From a virus, in IMG/VR virus record IMGVR_UViG_3300035142_000030, positions 12,722 to 76,721 of that record: a stretch of 64,000 nucleotides of DNA; one strand, 5' to 3'. This document shows positions 11,401 to 20,390 of the stretch, piece after piece. The notes under the pieces were generated by a model. The model was not told the origin of the DNA and did not search any database. It saw only the letters and a program-made list of their open reading frames with translations. A program made the position numbers and the translations under genes. Each line of letters starts with the position of its first letter. The stretch's first letter is position 1.

Positions 11401-14237
11401 GTGATGACTTTAAAAAGAAAGTTAGAGAAGCTGTTAAGTTAGAAAAAGGAGAATCTATAACTAAACGTCGAGAAAGAGGACAACAAAAAATATCTAGTGC
11501 TTTAGATAAATTAGCAAATCTTTCAGGGGCTAAAAAGAATTTTGTAGCAGATAATGATGTAAATACTAATAAGGCAGATATTATTGAAGCTGTTACAGAA
11601 CTTGCTAGTGGGATATTAGACTTAGGAGTTGCCAATATAGAAGATTTAATTCATAAAATAAAAGTTCAAACGAGAGAATATCTTTCTCCAACAGTTATAG
11701 ATGATATTAAGGATAAGGTAATAAAAGCCACTGATGCTGAAAACAATCTGCAAGAGAAGAAGCTAACAGCAAAAGATGTCTTAGATTCTAAAGATATTAA
11801 GAAAGTTGTTGATAAGATATATTCAAAGGCATTAAAAGCAAACAGAGCAGACCTTAAACGAATACTCTTAGAATCTATTGATGTAATATTAGAAGAAGGG
11901 AGTATAGATAGCAATGCTTTTCAAGAACTATATGCTAAAGCAGCAGGCAAACCTTATGTAGATACAGAGCTATCCAATGAAATAAGACAGTCTCAAGAAA
12001 CCATAAATGATGCAAGAAAGATACGTAATAATATTGAGTCATTACTAGATGAGGCTATTGCCGAAACCAAGAAAGATAGTCCAGACACAGAGAGACTAAA
12101 AAGATTAGAAGATCAAATTAAAATACAACAAAAAGAGTACAAGAAAGCTTATAGAGAGGCAGAAAAAGCTAATGCCAACCTATCGAGGATATTTGCTCCA
12201 GAGATGACAGGAGCGCAGAAATTAAGTTCTGGTGTCCAGGCAGGACTTATGACGTTTTCTACATTCCTATTAAACCCATTAGCTAATATGGTATCTACTA
12301 TTCCTAGAACTGTAAAGATGTATATAGAATGGGGACTCGATTATGGAATGTATAGATTAGGAACAATAAAAGAAATATGGTTAGATAAACTAGACAGAAA
12401 AAAATATCCAACACTATATAGAACGATAGCTACATTGCCCGATCCTATAATGACAAGAAATGCACCTGCCTTTAGTAAGTATTATTTTAAAAACATCCCA
12501 TCAGCAGTTAAGCAATCATTTCAAGATGTACTTACAGGACAAACCCCAGATGATGCCTACGTAAGAGAAATTGCAAGGGGGCTACATCCTTTAGATGCAG
12601 CTATAAGAGTTTATGAGAGATTAATAGGCAAGCGCAAAAGAGATTTTGGAAAACTATTAGGAGATATGTGGGAGTCTAGTTTAGGAGCTTATGCAGAAGG
12701 AGTATTTAGACTTTTAAACTTAGGAGATAAACCATTTAGGATTCCTGCTATGTTAGCAAGATTAAATGAGATTGCAACCATTAAAAAGCTAAAAGGGTTA
12801 GAGAGGGAGAAATTCTTAATAAATCCTGATGAAGAATCTTTAAACGATGCTGTGCAAACAGGATTAGAATCAACATTCCAACAAACAACAAAAGCTTCTA
12901 AGATGATTATACAAATGAAGAATTGGGGGAATGATTTACCTTCAGACAATCCATTATCTAAAGTAGCTAAAGGGTTTGCAACATTATTTACTACAACACA
13001 AATACCTTTTGTTAAGACATTAGTAAATATAGCCAATGAAGGCGCTAAATACACATTTCCTTGGTATTCTGGAGTATTAGGGACAAGAGATGTGTTGCGA
13101 GGGAATAGACGGGGAGCATTGGATAACTATTCAAAAGCTATTGTAGCAAACATTATAGGAATGGGTATTGCAGAGCTAATGGCTACAGGTCTGATGACAT
13201 TAGGACGAGGAGGAAGAGAAGAAGATGATGATAAGTATAACAGAAGAAAAGTAGAAAAAGCTGAATATGTTGGTGATTATGGTGCAAACAGATTAAATAT
13301 AACAGGTACATTAAGATATTTAGCAGGAGGCAACCCAGAGTGGAGAGATGATGATGTGACGATTAATTATCAAGGATTAGGAATTATGGGAGTTGCAGCA
13401 TCAGCTAAAGCAGAAGCATATAGAGGATTATCGCCAGAGGAAATACAAGAACAAGCATGGTTTGATTATACATTAGGAATGGCGTGGGGTACGTTGCAGG
13501 GGGTGACAGAACAACCATTTTTTACAGGGCCAGCTACATTCTTGAGAGCATTTACAGAAGGAGGATACGCATTAGATAATTGGATTCAAAATACATTAAG
13601 TGCGTTAAAAGTAGCAGCAATACCAAATACATATGTAGCAATTAATAAATATAGAGATAATAGGATTAGAGAGGTAAGAGAAAAATATTTAGAACAAACT
13701 AAGAGCAAAGGATGGAAGGAAGTTAAGAATAGATTAATATCAGAACTAAAACCAAATTCAGACTTACCAGTTAAGGTATCTATTTATGGAGAAGATGTAG
13801 AGAGATATAAAGATAAGCAGTGGTGGAATTTGATTGATCCGTTAAAAATTAAAAGACATGAGTCAGACTTTGCTTTTAAGGTATTTGATTTATACAATAG
13901 GACTAAAGATGAATCTGTATTCCCATCATATCCTAAAGCATCTATAAAAGATAAGGACATTAGTAATGAATATGTAAAATTAGATGCTAATCTGTATAAC
14001 AAATACGCAAAAACATTGTTGTCATTTAAAGCTACAATTCTGAAAGCAGTAGTTAATTCTGCTGACTGGGAGCAAATGTCAGATAATGATAGAGTTGCTG
14101 TTTTAAGAAAAATACATGATATGTATATGCGAGAAGGAGAAGCTGGTTACATAATGAAAAAGGTTTTTATCGCACAAAATTATGAAGAGCTAAAATTATT
14201 AGCAGAAAAACAAAAGAAAGAAAAAGAAGATAATTAA
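8472..14237 (+). CDS. Large internal virion/ejection protein
   Basis: 1921 aa, helical/coiled-coil with hydrophobic segments; third gene of the ejection trio. Confidence 0.6.
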   Translation: MSTQKPILPGLEGSNVSNKPILPGLDVKKKEFTEEQLKEAETSLKGYSVVSQELKSEVPSITKESTELDIVQEQIKNITDLRDKAQAERMSYAQRKISLEREKKQLERQLSSLRGSLSSPTGRTSVKIDKSKQQIQERLKEINDEFKVSDQDLQTTIDKERDLEQAHDFLKKSETLLEQPNDNSLKTFKEGLFSPLAKDFFTLGVSQMASQYNIMDIANKYREEGEEALSKEERATLGAYGMFLLANQQPQSVTFNVGKAIAEMIPYMAQFALTGGVGDLAKGATQTLLKAGTKKGIQKALSQGTAFAAGALARTPLMTMTQEGYARRRTGLVEPKLTNEGIEGEVKAGTEDSVGEAAYKAFATTFAEVFTEELGGIVTKPLGKLANRIGINSLTKNIDNAIISRIKDVAKFNGVVGEYSEELINSYLQASLTRDQPLSEVWNGKQQLETLLTVGTMGSLFMVANVTLPKSKKNKSKLSDERTKSFDKINDQYKEEVQKISDIEDVTEKATVMEQYLYEKNIESDQLKNIVEYLTYDNTIKSIDVVEDEIRPETKIKADTGTQIVSEEETTTEQKEAVKQAKIKKTEVKDVQEQEKMQEEALQKEQEIQAQVEVLEKEKDSLQKTLERVPEDQKPKIEREISDVNQQIETLKEDAEKITQVRQEVTEEVVQREEQLGDMQKQPKEEAQKKVEPYKTKEEFKKDFLSNEVIGETGKTIAEINLQDTNVPGLKTSEKISAAKNLREGKMTKQAEILKDYLNKAFESGTLEIIPIKAGGKSVKTNMPITEIARPQQVIEETPLTNKRAMGQKALDSKVLNSEVKAKIKQHGIDYFVRGDQVVTEEANEIARIYQVTGNRDGLKSLILDTTNNIKGDTRTELAVAYAEETQKLVDTAKTVEERKVYEQDIADVYIAEMEGATETARDLRSKVRWQRVLQNNPDVVVEYKKRQVNKENQEFLEKNKDDIKTAKQVIDEYLESDDFKKKVREAVKLEKGESITKRRERGQQKISSALDKLANLSGAKKNFVADNDVNTNKADIIEAVTELASGILDLGVANIEDLIHKIKVQTREYLSPTVIDDIKDKVIKATDAENNLQEKKLTAKDVLDSKDIKKVVDKIYSKALKANRADLKRILLESIDVILEEGSIDSNAFQELYAKAAGKPYVDTELSNEIRQSQETINDARKIRNNIESLLDEAIAETKKDSPDTERLKRLEDQIKIQQKEYKKAYREAEKANANLSRIFAPEMTGAQKLSSGVQAGLMTFSTFLLNPLANMVSTIPRTVKMYIEWGLDYGMYRLGTIKEIWLDKLDRKKYPTLYRTIATLPDPIMTRNAPAFSKYYFKNIPSAVKQSFQDVLTGQTPDDAYVREIARGLHPLDAAIRVYERLIGKRKRDFGKLLGDMWESSLGAYAEGVFRLLNLGDKPFRIPAMLARLNEIATIKKLKGLEREKFLINPDEESLNDAVQTGLESTFQQTTKASKMIIQMKNWGNDLPSDNPLSKVAKGFATLFTTTQIPFVKTLVNIANEGAKYTFPWYSGVLGTRDVLRGNRRGALDNYSKAIVANIIGMGIAELMATGLMTLGRGGREEDDDKYNRRKVEKAEYVGDYGANRLNITGTLRYLAGGNPEWRDDDVTINYQGLGIMGVAASAKAEAYRGLSPEEIQEQAWFDYTLGMAWGTLQGVTEQPFFTGPATFLRAFTEGGYALDNWIQNTLSALKVAAIPNTYVAINKYRDNRIREVREKYLEQTKSKGWKEVKNRLISELKPNSDLPVKVSIYGEDVERYKDKQWWNLIDPLKIKRHESDFAFKVFDLYNRTKDESVFPSYPKASIKDKDISNEYVKLDANLYNKYAKTLLSFKATILKAVVNSADWEQMSDNDRVAVLRKIHDMYMREGEAGYIMKKVFIAQNYEELKLLAEKQKKEKEDN

Positions 14238-14266
14238 GTACAACAAACGATTAACTATTAATTTAG

Positions 14267-14274
14267 TATATTTG
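14267..14274 (+). promoter_or_regulatory. Bacteroidota -7 promoter element
   Basis: TATATTTG before 14298; same TTTAGTATATTTGTAA context as at 6344. Confidence 0.6.
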
Positions 14275-14297
14275 TAATAATTTTAAAATAGATAGAT

Positions 14298-14573
14298 ATG
14301 GGTAATGGATTTGGATATATTTTAGCAGGTAGAGGAGGAGTAGTTCCTTACAAAGGTACTACAGAAATAACAGAAACTTTTTATGGTTTTATTCCTCAAC
14401 AAGATATGACGCCAACATCATTAAAAGAGCATGGAAGCACAGATAATGTAGTTAAAGCAGGAGTAACCTACAAACAAGGACACTTCTATGCAGCAAGAAG
14501 CACTTACTTCACAAGTATGGTTATGGCTAATGCGGATGATGAGGTTGATATTGTATTGACTAAAGAACAATAA
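14298..14573 (+). CDS. Small virion protein (hypothetical)
   Basis: 91 aa ORF after promoter. Confidence 0.5.
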   Translation: MGNGFGYILAGRGGVVPYKGTTEITETFYGFIPQQDMTPTSLKEHGSTDNVVKAGVTYKQGHFYAARSTYFTSMVMANADDEVDIVLTKEQ

Positions 14574-14583
14574 TAGTGATATT

Positions 14584-15492
14584 ATGCCAGGAGTTGGAAT
14601 TATAAATAGAACACCAAGTATATTAAGAGCTGGGGCAGGATTACCTTACCCCACAGAAGGTTTAGAAATACAATTATTAAACTCAACCTATGAAGATGGT
14701 GGTACTACATATTACCGTAATTTATTAGGTCAAGATATTCCTGTAGTTGGAACTGATGGAGGCGATGATATACTTGATTTTTCAATTTTTAATGACGATA
14801 GATTTGATAAAGGGGCAGTAGTAGGTAATAGTTTAGGATTACCAGAATATTATAATAGTCCTTTAGATGATTATTTTTATTACGACGACACAAGTCAAAC
14901 AACAAGAAGATACTGGAAACTGAAAGATTTTCATTATTTTTATGTACAAAGGCAAACTGATATTACACCAAGATTATTAAATAACGAATTTTTCTTAAAA
15001 GCCAAAGCTACCACAGATACAAGTAATGTAATTGACAGTATAAGTGAGTTATTAATATATTCAACCGAACAAACCGATAACAACCTTTCTAAACTTAGAA
15101 AGTATATAGGTATTCAAGATGATTTTGAAATTAATATTTATGATTTTGGCGGATTTATTACTGACAGTTGGATTGCCAGAACAGGTGGAAGTATTGATTC
15201 AGAATATACAATATCTGGAAATGGAGCGTTTACAAATAATAAAATATTTGCAAGTGGCGTAAAATATAGATTATTAGTAGCGAGTGATGATTTTTCTAAT
15301 GTAAACAGTTTTTATGGTTCAGGATCAAGTGGAACAGATTGGTTTTATATAACATCGGATTTTGAAGATAATATATTTGTAGCTGGTGGTGATGGTGTAG
15401 TCGATAGAGGAATAGTTATAAATACATCTGGTCAATTTACCGTAGAAACTATATGTGTATGTCAAATATATGAAAACTACTATAAATCATGA
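14584..15492 (+). CDS. Putative tail fibre/appendage protein
   Basis: MPGVGI N-terminus; beta-rich S/G/D C-terminal domain; between ejection and lysis genes. Confidence 0.4.
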   Translation: MPGVGIINRTPSILRAGAGLPYPTEGLEIQLLNSTYEDGGTTYYRNLLGQDIPVVGTDGGDDILDFSIFNDDRFDKGAVVGNSLGLPEYYNSPLDDYFYYDDTSQTTRRYWKLKDFHYFYVQRQTDITPRLLNNEFFLKAKATTDTSNVIDSISELLIYSTEQTDNNLSKLRKYIGIQDDFEINIYDFGGFITDSWIARTGGSIDSEYTISGNGAFTNNKIFASGVKYRLLVASDDFSNVNSFYGSGSSGTDWFYITSDFEDNIFVAGGDGVVDRGIVINTSGQFTVETICVCQIYENYYKS

Positions 15493-15869
15493 GTGGAAAC
15501 AGAAATTTAAGTATAGAAATAAGAATAAGTGATATATCAAATATACCGCAAACTATAATTGATAAATATGATATTCAATTTTCAAGTAAAGAAAATTGTT
15601 ATATTCTTTGGATACATCCAGATGGATATAAATCATTTGATCGTAAGTTATTACCATATATGCAATATGTAAAAAGTGCTTACAATCGAAGAACGAAATC
15701 AGACCATTTAGATTTATTTATCGAAAGCAAAGAAATTGACGAATATGGAATTATCATCGGAGAAATCAAATATAAAAATATTCGATGGTCAGAGATTATG
15801 AATGTTGATTTATCTAAAATATTGCTTAAAAAAGAAATTGAAACGTTACAAAAACAAATGTTTAATTAA
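15489..15869 (+). CDS. Hypothetical protein
   Basis: 126 aa ORF, overlapping start. Confidence 0.5.
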   Translation: MSGNRNLSIEIRISDISNIPQTIIDKYDIQFSSKENCYILWIHPDGYKSFDRKLLPYMQYVKSAYNRRTKSDHLDLFIESKEIDEYGIIIGEIKYKNIRWSEIMNVDLSKILLKKEIETLQKQMFN

Positions 15870-15929
15870 TATTATAAATTATGAAAAATTTTAAAAAATT
15901 AGAAGACGAATTAGAAAAAGAAAAAGAGG

Positions 15930-16337
15930 GTGAAGATGATAAAAATAATGATGAAGTTGAGCCAGATCCTGATTAATAAAAAATTAATTTTACTTTTTAC
16001 TTTTTTGTTTATACTGGGAAGCTATCATTTGCTAATGACATTGGTAAAACTTAATGTATTTAATTTAAATGAAGAAGCTATTCCAAAAGTTACGTTTATA
16101 TTAATAAGATTTTACCATTTTAGTTATAGCATGTTAATAGGTTTAGGAATATCTTTTAAATGGGCAAAAAATATAAACTGGATTTGGTTATATTTAACAT
16201 TTAGGATAATTTACACTTTTTCAAGGCTAATACCAATTATAGATGATATTGTTAGTAAGACATTAATAGATGGTTTAAGTTTTGGAATTTTGATAATAGT
16301 GATATTGTTAATTTTCAGAAATGAAAAAAATTGGTAA
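15930..16337 (+). CDS. Multi-pass membrane protein (lysis region)
   Basis: About four hydrophobic segments; exact start uncertain. Confidence 0.5.
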   Translation: MKMIKIMMKLSQILINKKLILLFTFLFILGSYHLLMTLVKLNVFNLNEEAIPKVTFILIRFYHFSYSMLIGLGISFKWAKNINWIWLYLTFRIIYTFSRLIPIIDDIVSKTLIDGLSFGILIIVILLIFRNEKNW

Positions 16338-16521
16338 TTTTATATTGAAAAGTTTATACATTTTCATTTTGATGATATTATCATTAATTTTGTTTTGGGA
16401 ATTATACGCTAAAAATTACGTTCAAAAATATATCGATTTTGAATACGGTCACGACATCAAAGAAACTAAGAGTAATAGTAATTTAATAATTGAAATGTTA
16501 AACGATGAGCCCGAAGGATAA
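16321..16521 (+). CDS. Small membrane protein
   Basis: Single N-terminal TM segment. Confidence 0.45.
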   Translation: MKKIGNFILKSLYIFILMILSLILFWELYAKNYVQKYIDFEYGHDIKETKSNSNLIIEMLNDEPEG

Positions 16522-16828
16522 CAGTAGATTGAAAATAATAACTTGGATAGTCGCAATATTTATGCCCTTAATGTTTGCAATTCTTGTTGCTTATTTTCCG
16601 ATAATAAACAACAATTCAAAAGCGGCTACAGAAGCGTTGGTGGGAATCAAAAATTTAGAAAAAAGTCAAGCAAAAGAATTTGAAAATATTAACGATCAAA
16701 TTAACAATGTCAAAACCGATATTAGTATAAATAAACAAAATTTTAGAATAGTTACGGATAAATTGCGAGATCAGGGATTATTGAAAAATGTTGTAATAAT
16801 CGATAGAAGTTTTATTGAAAATAATTAA
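16505..16828 (+). CDS. Membrane-anchored coiled-coil protein (holin/antiholin-like)
   Basis: TM plus coiled coil immediately before the endolysin. Confidence 0.45.
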   Translation: MSPKDNSRLKIITWIVAIFMPLMFAILVAYFPIINNNSKAATEALVGIKNLEKSQAKEFENINDQINNVKTDISINKQNFRIVTDKLRDQGLLKNVVIIDRSFIENN

Positions 16829-16839
16829 AAATAAATAGC

Positions 16840-17214
16840 ATGAATTTATCAAATCATCAATTTGAATTTCTAAAAGATTTGTCGTCTTTGATTGATTTTA
16901 TATCAAATGTCAAAAAAATAAAAATAACAGCTACATGGTTGCATAGACCGCAAGAAGTTCAACAACAATTATATAATGAAGGTTTAACAAAAACATTAGA
17001 ATCAAATCATTTGTATAGTTGTGCGATTGATTTAAACATTTTTATTGGAAATCGAATTTTAACAAATTTAAGAAAAAAAGATTTAACAAAAGAAGAAGTT
17101 TATTTGTTAAATGAAATTGGTGCTTTTTGGGAAAATTTAAATAAATTAAATCGTTGGGGTGGTTTTTGGAAATCTATTTATGACCCTGGTCACTTTGAAC
17201 GAAATGTTAAATAA
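16840..17214 (+). CDS. Endolysin, M15 family L-Ala-D-Glu peptidase
   Basis: R..E.Q..LY, SNH....AIDL, RWGGFW, DPGHFE motifs. Confidence 0.85.
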   Translation: MNLSNHQFEFLKDLSSLIDFISNVKKIKITATWLHRPQEVQQQLYNEGLTKTLESNHLYSCAIDLNIFIGNRILTNLRKKDLTKEEVYLLNEIGAFWENLNKLNRWGGFWKSIYDPGHFERNVK

Positions 17215-17235
17215 TATAAAAAAATATATAATGAC

Positions 17236-17445
17236 ATGAAAAACGCAATGAAGGATTGGATCACTAATATAGTAGCTATATTATTATGGGGAATTAGTAC
17301 ATATGCTTATTTCTTTACCGATAAAGAAATGAAGTTCTTAGTTTATATTGGAGTGATGATGTTAGGTTTTTCTTTTTTGTTTATAGATTCTAAACAAATA
17401 AGAGCATTAATTATTAAGTTTGTAAATAAGAGAATAGAATCATGA
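17236..17445 (+). CDS. Putative holin
   Basis: 69 aa, two TM segments, basic C-terminus, next to endolysin. Confidence 0.6.
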   Translation: MKNAMKDWITNIVAILLWGISTYAYFFTDKEMKFLVYIGVMMLGFSFLFIDSKQIRALIIKFVNKRIES

Positions 17446-18155
17446 AAATACTAACAAAACTACTAAACGTTTTGGCAATGATCTTTGTGGTAATCGGCAT
17501 CTATTCGACTATCATGTATTTTATATCCATAAAACCATTAAAAGAAAAACACAGTGAACTTGTGCAAAAGAAGCACAGGTTGGATAGTATAATTCAAAAT
17601 AATGACAAAACAATAAATATTTTAAGGGATTCTATAGAAGTAAAAGAAGCAGAAATAAGATATTCAGAAGAGAGGATAGGAGAATTAGAAACAGACATCT
17701 ATAATCTAAAGAAGAAACATAAAGAAAAACTACAAGAGTTAGAGGATTACACTTTAGAACAAGTTTTAGATTATATTTTAGATTATTATGATACAGATAG
17801 TACAGAAGCATGTATCAGAACCACAGATAAAGGTATTGAGATCGTCATACAACCACGTTTAGTGTATGAGTGGACATATACTATAGAAAAACTAGAAAGT
17901 ACCTCAAATGAACTTATATTAACCAAAAATAAAGCATCAGAATATTCTATATTAACAGAAGACCTAAAAGATAAGATTAATTTACTAGAAGGAAGGGATA
18001 GTGTGATGGTTAATTCGTTGGAAACGGCACAAGAAAAGAATGGAGTTCTTCAACAGTTGATTGAAAATAGAGATAAACGCATCAAACAAATCAAAACACA
18101 ACGTAATATAGTTGCAGGAGTAGCAGTGATAATAATAGTAATTTCTTTAATATAG
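17442..18155 (+). CDS. Putative spanin-like protein
   Basis: N-terminal TM, long coiled coil, C-terminal TM; last gene of lysis cassette. Confidence 0.55.
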   Translation: MKILTKLLNVLAMIFVVIGIYSTIMYFISIKPLKEKHSELVQKKHRLDSIIQNNDKTINILRDSIEVKEAEIRYSEERIGELETDIYNLKKKHKEKLQELEDYTLEQVLDYILDYYDTDSTEACIRTTDKGIEIVIQPRLVYEWTYTIEKLESTSNELILTKNKASEYSILTEDLKDKINLLEGRDSVMVNSLETAQEKNGVLQQLIENRDKRIKQIKTQRNIVAGVAVIIIVISLI

Positions 18156-18178
18156 TTTCTTTTTCATGATTAGTTTTG

Positions 18179-18212
18179 GCGTCTGGCTTTTAGGAGTCAG
18201 ACGTTTTTTTTT
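18179..18212 (+). terminator. Intrinsic terminator ending late operon
   Basis: GCGTCTGGCT..AGTCAGACGT stem followed by T-run. Confidence 0.8.
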
Positions 18213-18303
18213 ATGAATAAATGTTAATAAATACTTGTTTATGTCAAAATTTAGTTGTATTTTTGGATAAAATTAATAGGTAAAAATTATGAAAGATGAA
18301 ATT

Positions 18304-18436
18304 TTATACAACGTTAAGCTTATGATACGTTGCGTTTAATAACATAACTTTTTGATAAAAATAAAAATTATATAAAATGAATATACTTAACAAATTAGCA
18401 AAATGTAAGCAATGGATTATACGCATTGTTAGCAGT
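18304..18436. repeat. attC-like imperfect inverted repeat (array 1, site 1)
   Basis: ACAACGTTAAGCTTATGATACGTTGC ... GCAATGGATTATACGCATTGTTAG; same subfamily as 38548-38677. Confidence 0.7.
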
Positions 18437-18757
18437 AGTTTATCTGGGAGGGTTTTTTATGATAATGGTAAAAAATATATTATTCCTAAACACGTTTGGT
18501 TTAGCACAACTTTTAAAAAATATGGGAATGTACATAAAGCAAAGTTTGTTATCAACAAATACTCAAAGTCAGAACCAAAACGAAGAATATGTAAATACAT
18601 AGATGTTACAACTGGAACATATTTTTGTTTTGTAACCGCAAAAAGCAAAATAGAAGCACAAAAATTATTTTATAAGCAATTGTGCGAATCAGGTGTTATT
18701 TTAAATGAAGAAGAAGAATGGAATCAATTTTTTTTCGGGCATGAACAAAGCGAATAA
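18377..18757 (+). CDS. Hypothetical cassette protein starting inside the repeat
   Basis: KQWIIRIVSSS is encoded by the repeat arm. Confidence 0.6.
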   Translation: MNILNKLAKCKQWIIRIVSSSLSGRVFYDNGKKYIIPKHVWFSTTFKKYGNVHKAKFVINKYSKSEPKRRICKYIDVTTGTYFCFVTAKSKIEAQKLFYKQLCESGVILNEEEEWNQFFFGHEQSE

Positions 18758-18768
18758 AATTTGACATT

Positions 18769-19041
18769 ATGGATATAGTAGAACATGCCATTAATAGAAT
18801 TGAGTTTAATGAACACAAAATAAATGAATCTTTAAAAGAATTAAAAGAACTTAAAGATAATTTAATTGTAAAATATAAACATCCTGAAATTGATATTAAG
18901 AGATTACTTCAAGATGAAAAATATAGATACATTATAGCACTTAAATTATCGAAAAATAATGTAGAAACTGCTAAATTATTAGGAACTACTGAAAGAACAT
19001 TTTATAGAAAAATGAATGAATTTAATTTACATAACCAATAA
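18769..19041 (+). CDS. Fis-type HTH protein
   Basis: ALKLSKNNVETAKLLGTTERTFYRKM resembles a Fis/HTH_8 motif. Confidence 0.75.
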   Translation: MDIVEHAINRIEFNEHKINESLKELKELKDNLIVKYKHPEIDIKRLLQDEKYRYIIALKLSKNNVETAKLLGTTERTFYRKMNEFNLHNQ

Positions 19042-19053
19042 AAATTAGAAATT

Positions 19054-19263
19054 ATGAGACAAGAAGTAAAATTTAGAGCACCAATTAAAGTAATTGAAAG
19101 CGACAACTATTATTTGGTAATAGAGGATGCCGTTGGAGTTACGCATTATTTTCACAAAGAACATGATAATAAGTATGGAAAATTTAAACAAGGCGAATAT
19201 GATGGATGGAGTAAACAAATTCGTAGTTTAAATGATAATACGAAAAAATGTTGTGGATTTTAA
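19054..19263 (+). CDS. Hypothetical protein
   Basis: 69 aa ORF with AT-rich leader. Confidence 0.55.
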   Translation: MRQEVKFRAPIKVIESDNYYLVIEDAVGVTHYFHKEHDNKYGKFKQGEYDGWSKQIRSLNDNTKKCCGF

Positions 19264-19355
19264 TGTCCCGTTTAGAGGTATATCCCGAAATAAAAAAAAA
19301 ACTCGTAGAGTTTTGGGGGTACGGGATGGGTTGTGGGAATACCGAGCAAGCAATG

Positions 19356-19431
19356 GTTTATAACACAGCGGGATTTATGGGACGGTTTGGGGCTTTTGCC
19401 CCAAAATGGACTATGAAATCACAGTTAGGCA
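19356..19431. repeat. attC-like site (array 1, site 2)
   Basis: GTTTATAACACAGCGGGATTTATGGGACGGTTTGGGGC-TTTT-GCCCCAAAATGGACTATGAAATCACAGTTAGGCA; extra G on the sense strand. Confidence 0.75.
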
Positions 19432-19445
19432 TAAAATTTTTTGAT

Positions 19446-19646
19446 ATGGAATTTATAGTAGAATTAGAAGAAGGTGTTTATTTGGCTACTTGGTCTGGCG
19501 ACCCTGGGCGAACACTAAAGATTGAAAACGCACAAGTATTTGTCCGCGATAAAGATGCTGATAATGCTCTTGTTAGAGCCAGATATTATAGACCATTTAA
19601 GTATGCCAAAGTGCGAAGGCAAAAGGAAGGGTTGCGAAGCAGCTAA
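19446..19646 (+). CDS. Hypothetical cassette protein (MEFIVELEEG...)
   Basis: Likely true start is 19446, since the upstream part of the track ORF is repeat DNA; bounded by 13-bp IR 19424-19436/19660-19672. Confidence 0.6.
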   Translation: MEFIVELEEGVYLATWSGDPGRTLKIENAQVFVRDKDADNALVRARYYRPFKYAKVRRQKEGLRSS

Positions 19647-19664
19647 GGATGGGGGGGATTTTTA

Positions 19665-19760
19665 TGCCTAACGGTTTGGCTATGTTTAGTAGCCTAACCA
19701 CTAACTTTGAAATATTTACTAAATTTGCATAGGCTATTAAATATAGCTTTTGTTATAAAC
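19665..19760. repeat. attC-like site (array 1, site 3)
   Basis: TGCCTAACGGTTTGGCTATGTTTAGTAGCCTA ... TAGGCTATTAAATATAGCTTTTGTTATAAAC. Confidence 0.8.
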
Positions 19761-19799
19761 TTTTAAGGGGGCTTCTTCGGAAGTATCAGCAGAAGGGGA

Positions 19800-19874
19800 A
19801 CTTCGATAGCACAGTTGGTATGAGGCAACGACTTCAAACATCGTATATCGTAGGTTCGATTCCTACCGAATGAC
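19800..19874 (+). pseudogene. Degenerate tRNA-like sequence, apparent anticodon TCA
   Basis: TAGC..TGGTA D-region and GTAGG-TTCGATT-CCTAC T-arm; anticodon and acceptor stems imperfect. Confidence 0.4.
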
Positions 19875-20024
19875 TTAAAACGAGGCGTTACTGCACGCCT
19901 ACCCTCTGCCCCCTTAATTGTTTTATAACTATTAAATAAACACACCTGCATTAAAACTATTATATTTAATATAAATTTTAATATAAAAATCAAGAATTAC
20001 CATAAAATTAGGGGAAATTTTTAT

Positions 20025-20032
20025 TATATTTG
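20025..20032 (+). promoter_or_regulatory. Bacteroidota -7 promoter element
   Basis: TATATTTG immediately before 20037. Confidence 0.55.
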
Positions 20033-20036
20033 TATT

Positions 20037-20390
20037 ATGAAAACACTAATATTATTTCTATTATTATTTCCTATCTATTCTTATTCGCAACAGGTAGGAG
20101 AAAAACTAACCCAAAAAGAATCATTAGCTCTTGTAGAAAAAGATCATTGTAACAAGTACTATTATACCTCAGAAGATAGTATCATTACTATTAGGACAAG
20201 AAAGTCAGATGATCTTATATGGGATATAGACTATCAAGTAAAGAGGACAAGTAAACTTTCATGGGTAACACAATACACTCAAATAGGAAGAAACGTATTC
20301 TATGATGAAGGAGATTATTATTTTGTATTTATTATAGGAGAATATTATTTAATACAGATTAGGAATGCGGAGAAAGTGTCGTCCTTATAA
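20037..20390 (+). CDS. Secreted hypothetical protein
   Basis: Signal peptide MKTLILFLLLFPIYSYS-Q. Confidence 0.6.
   Translation: MKTLILFLLLFPIYSYSQQVGEKLTQKESLALVEKDHCNKYYYTSEDSIITIRTRKSDDLIWDIDYQVKRTSKLSWVTQYTQIGRNVFYDEGDYYFVFIIGEYYLIQIRNAEKVSSL

Noticed and set aside
2440-14002. Minus-strand ORFs inside structural genes
   Set aside because: Antisense shadows of long plus-strand genes with no independent signals.
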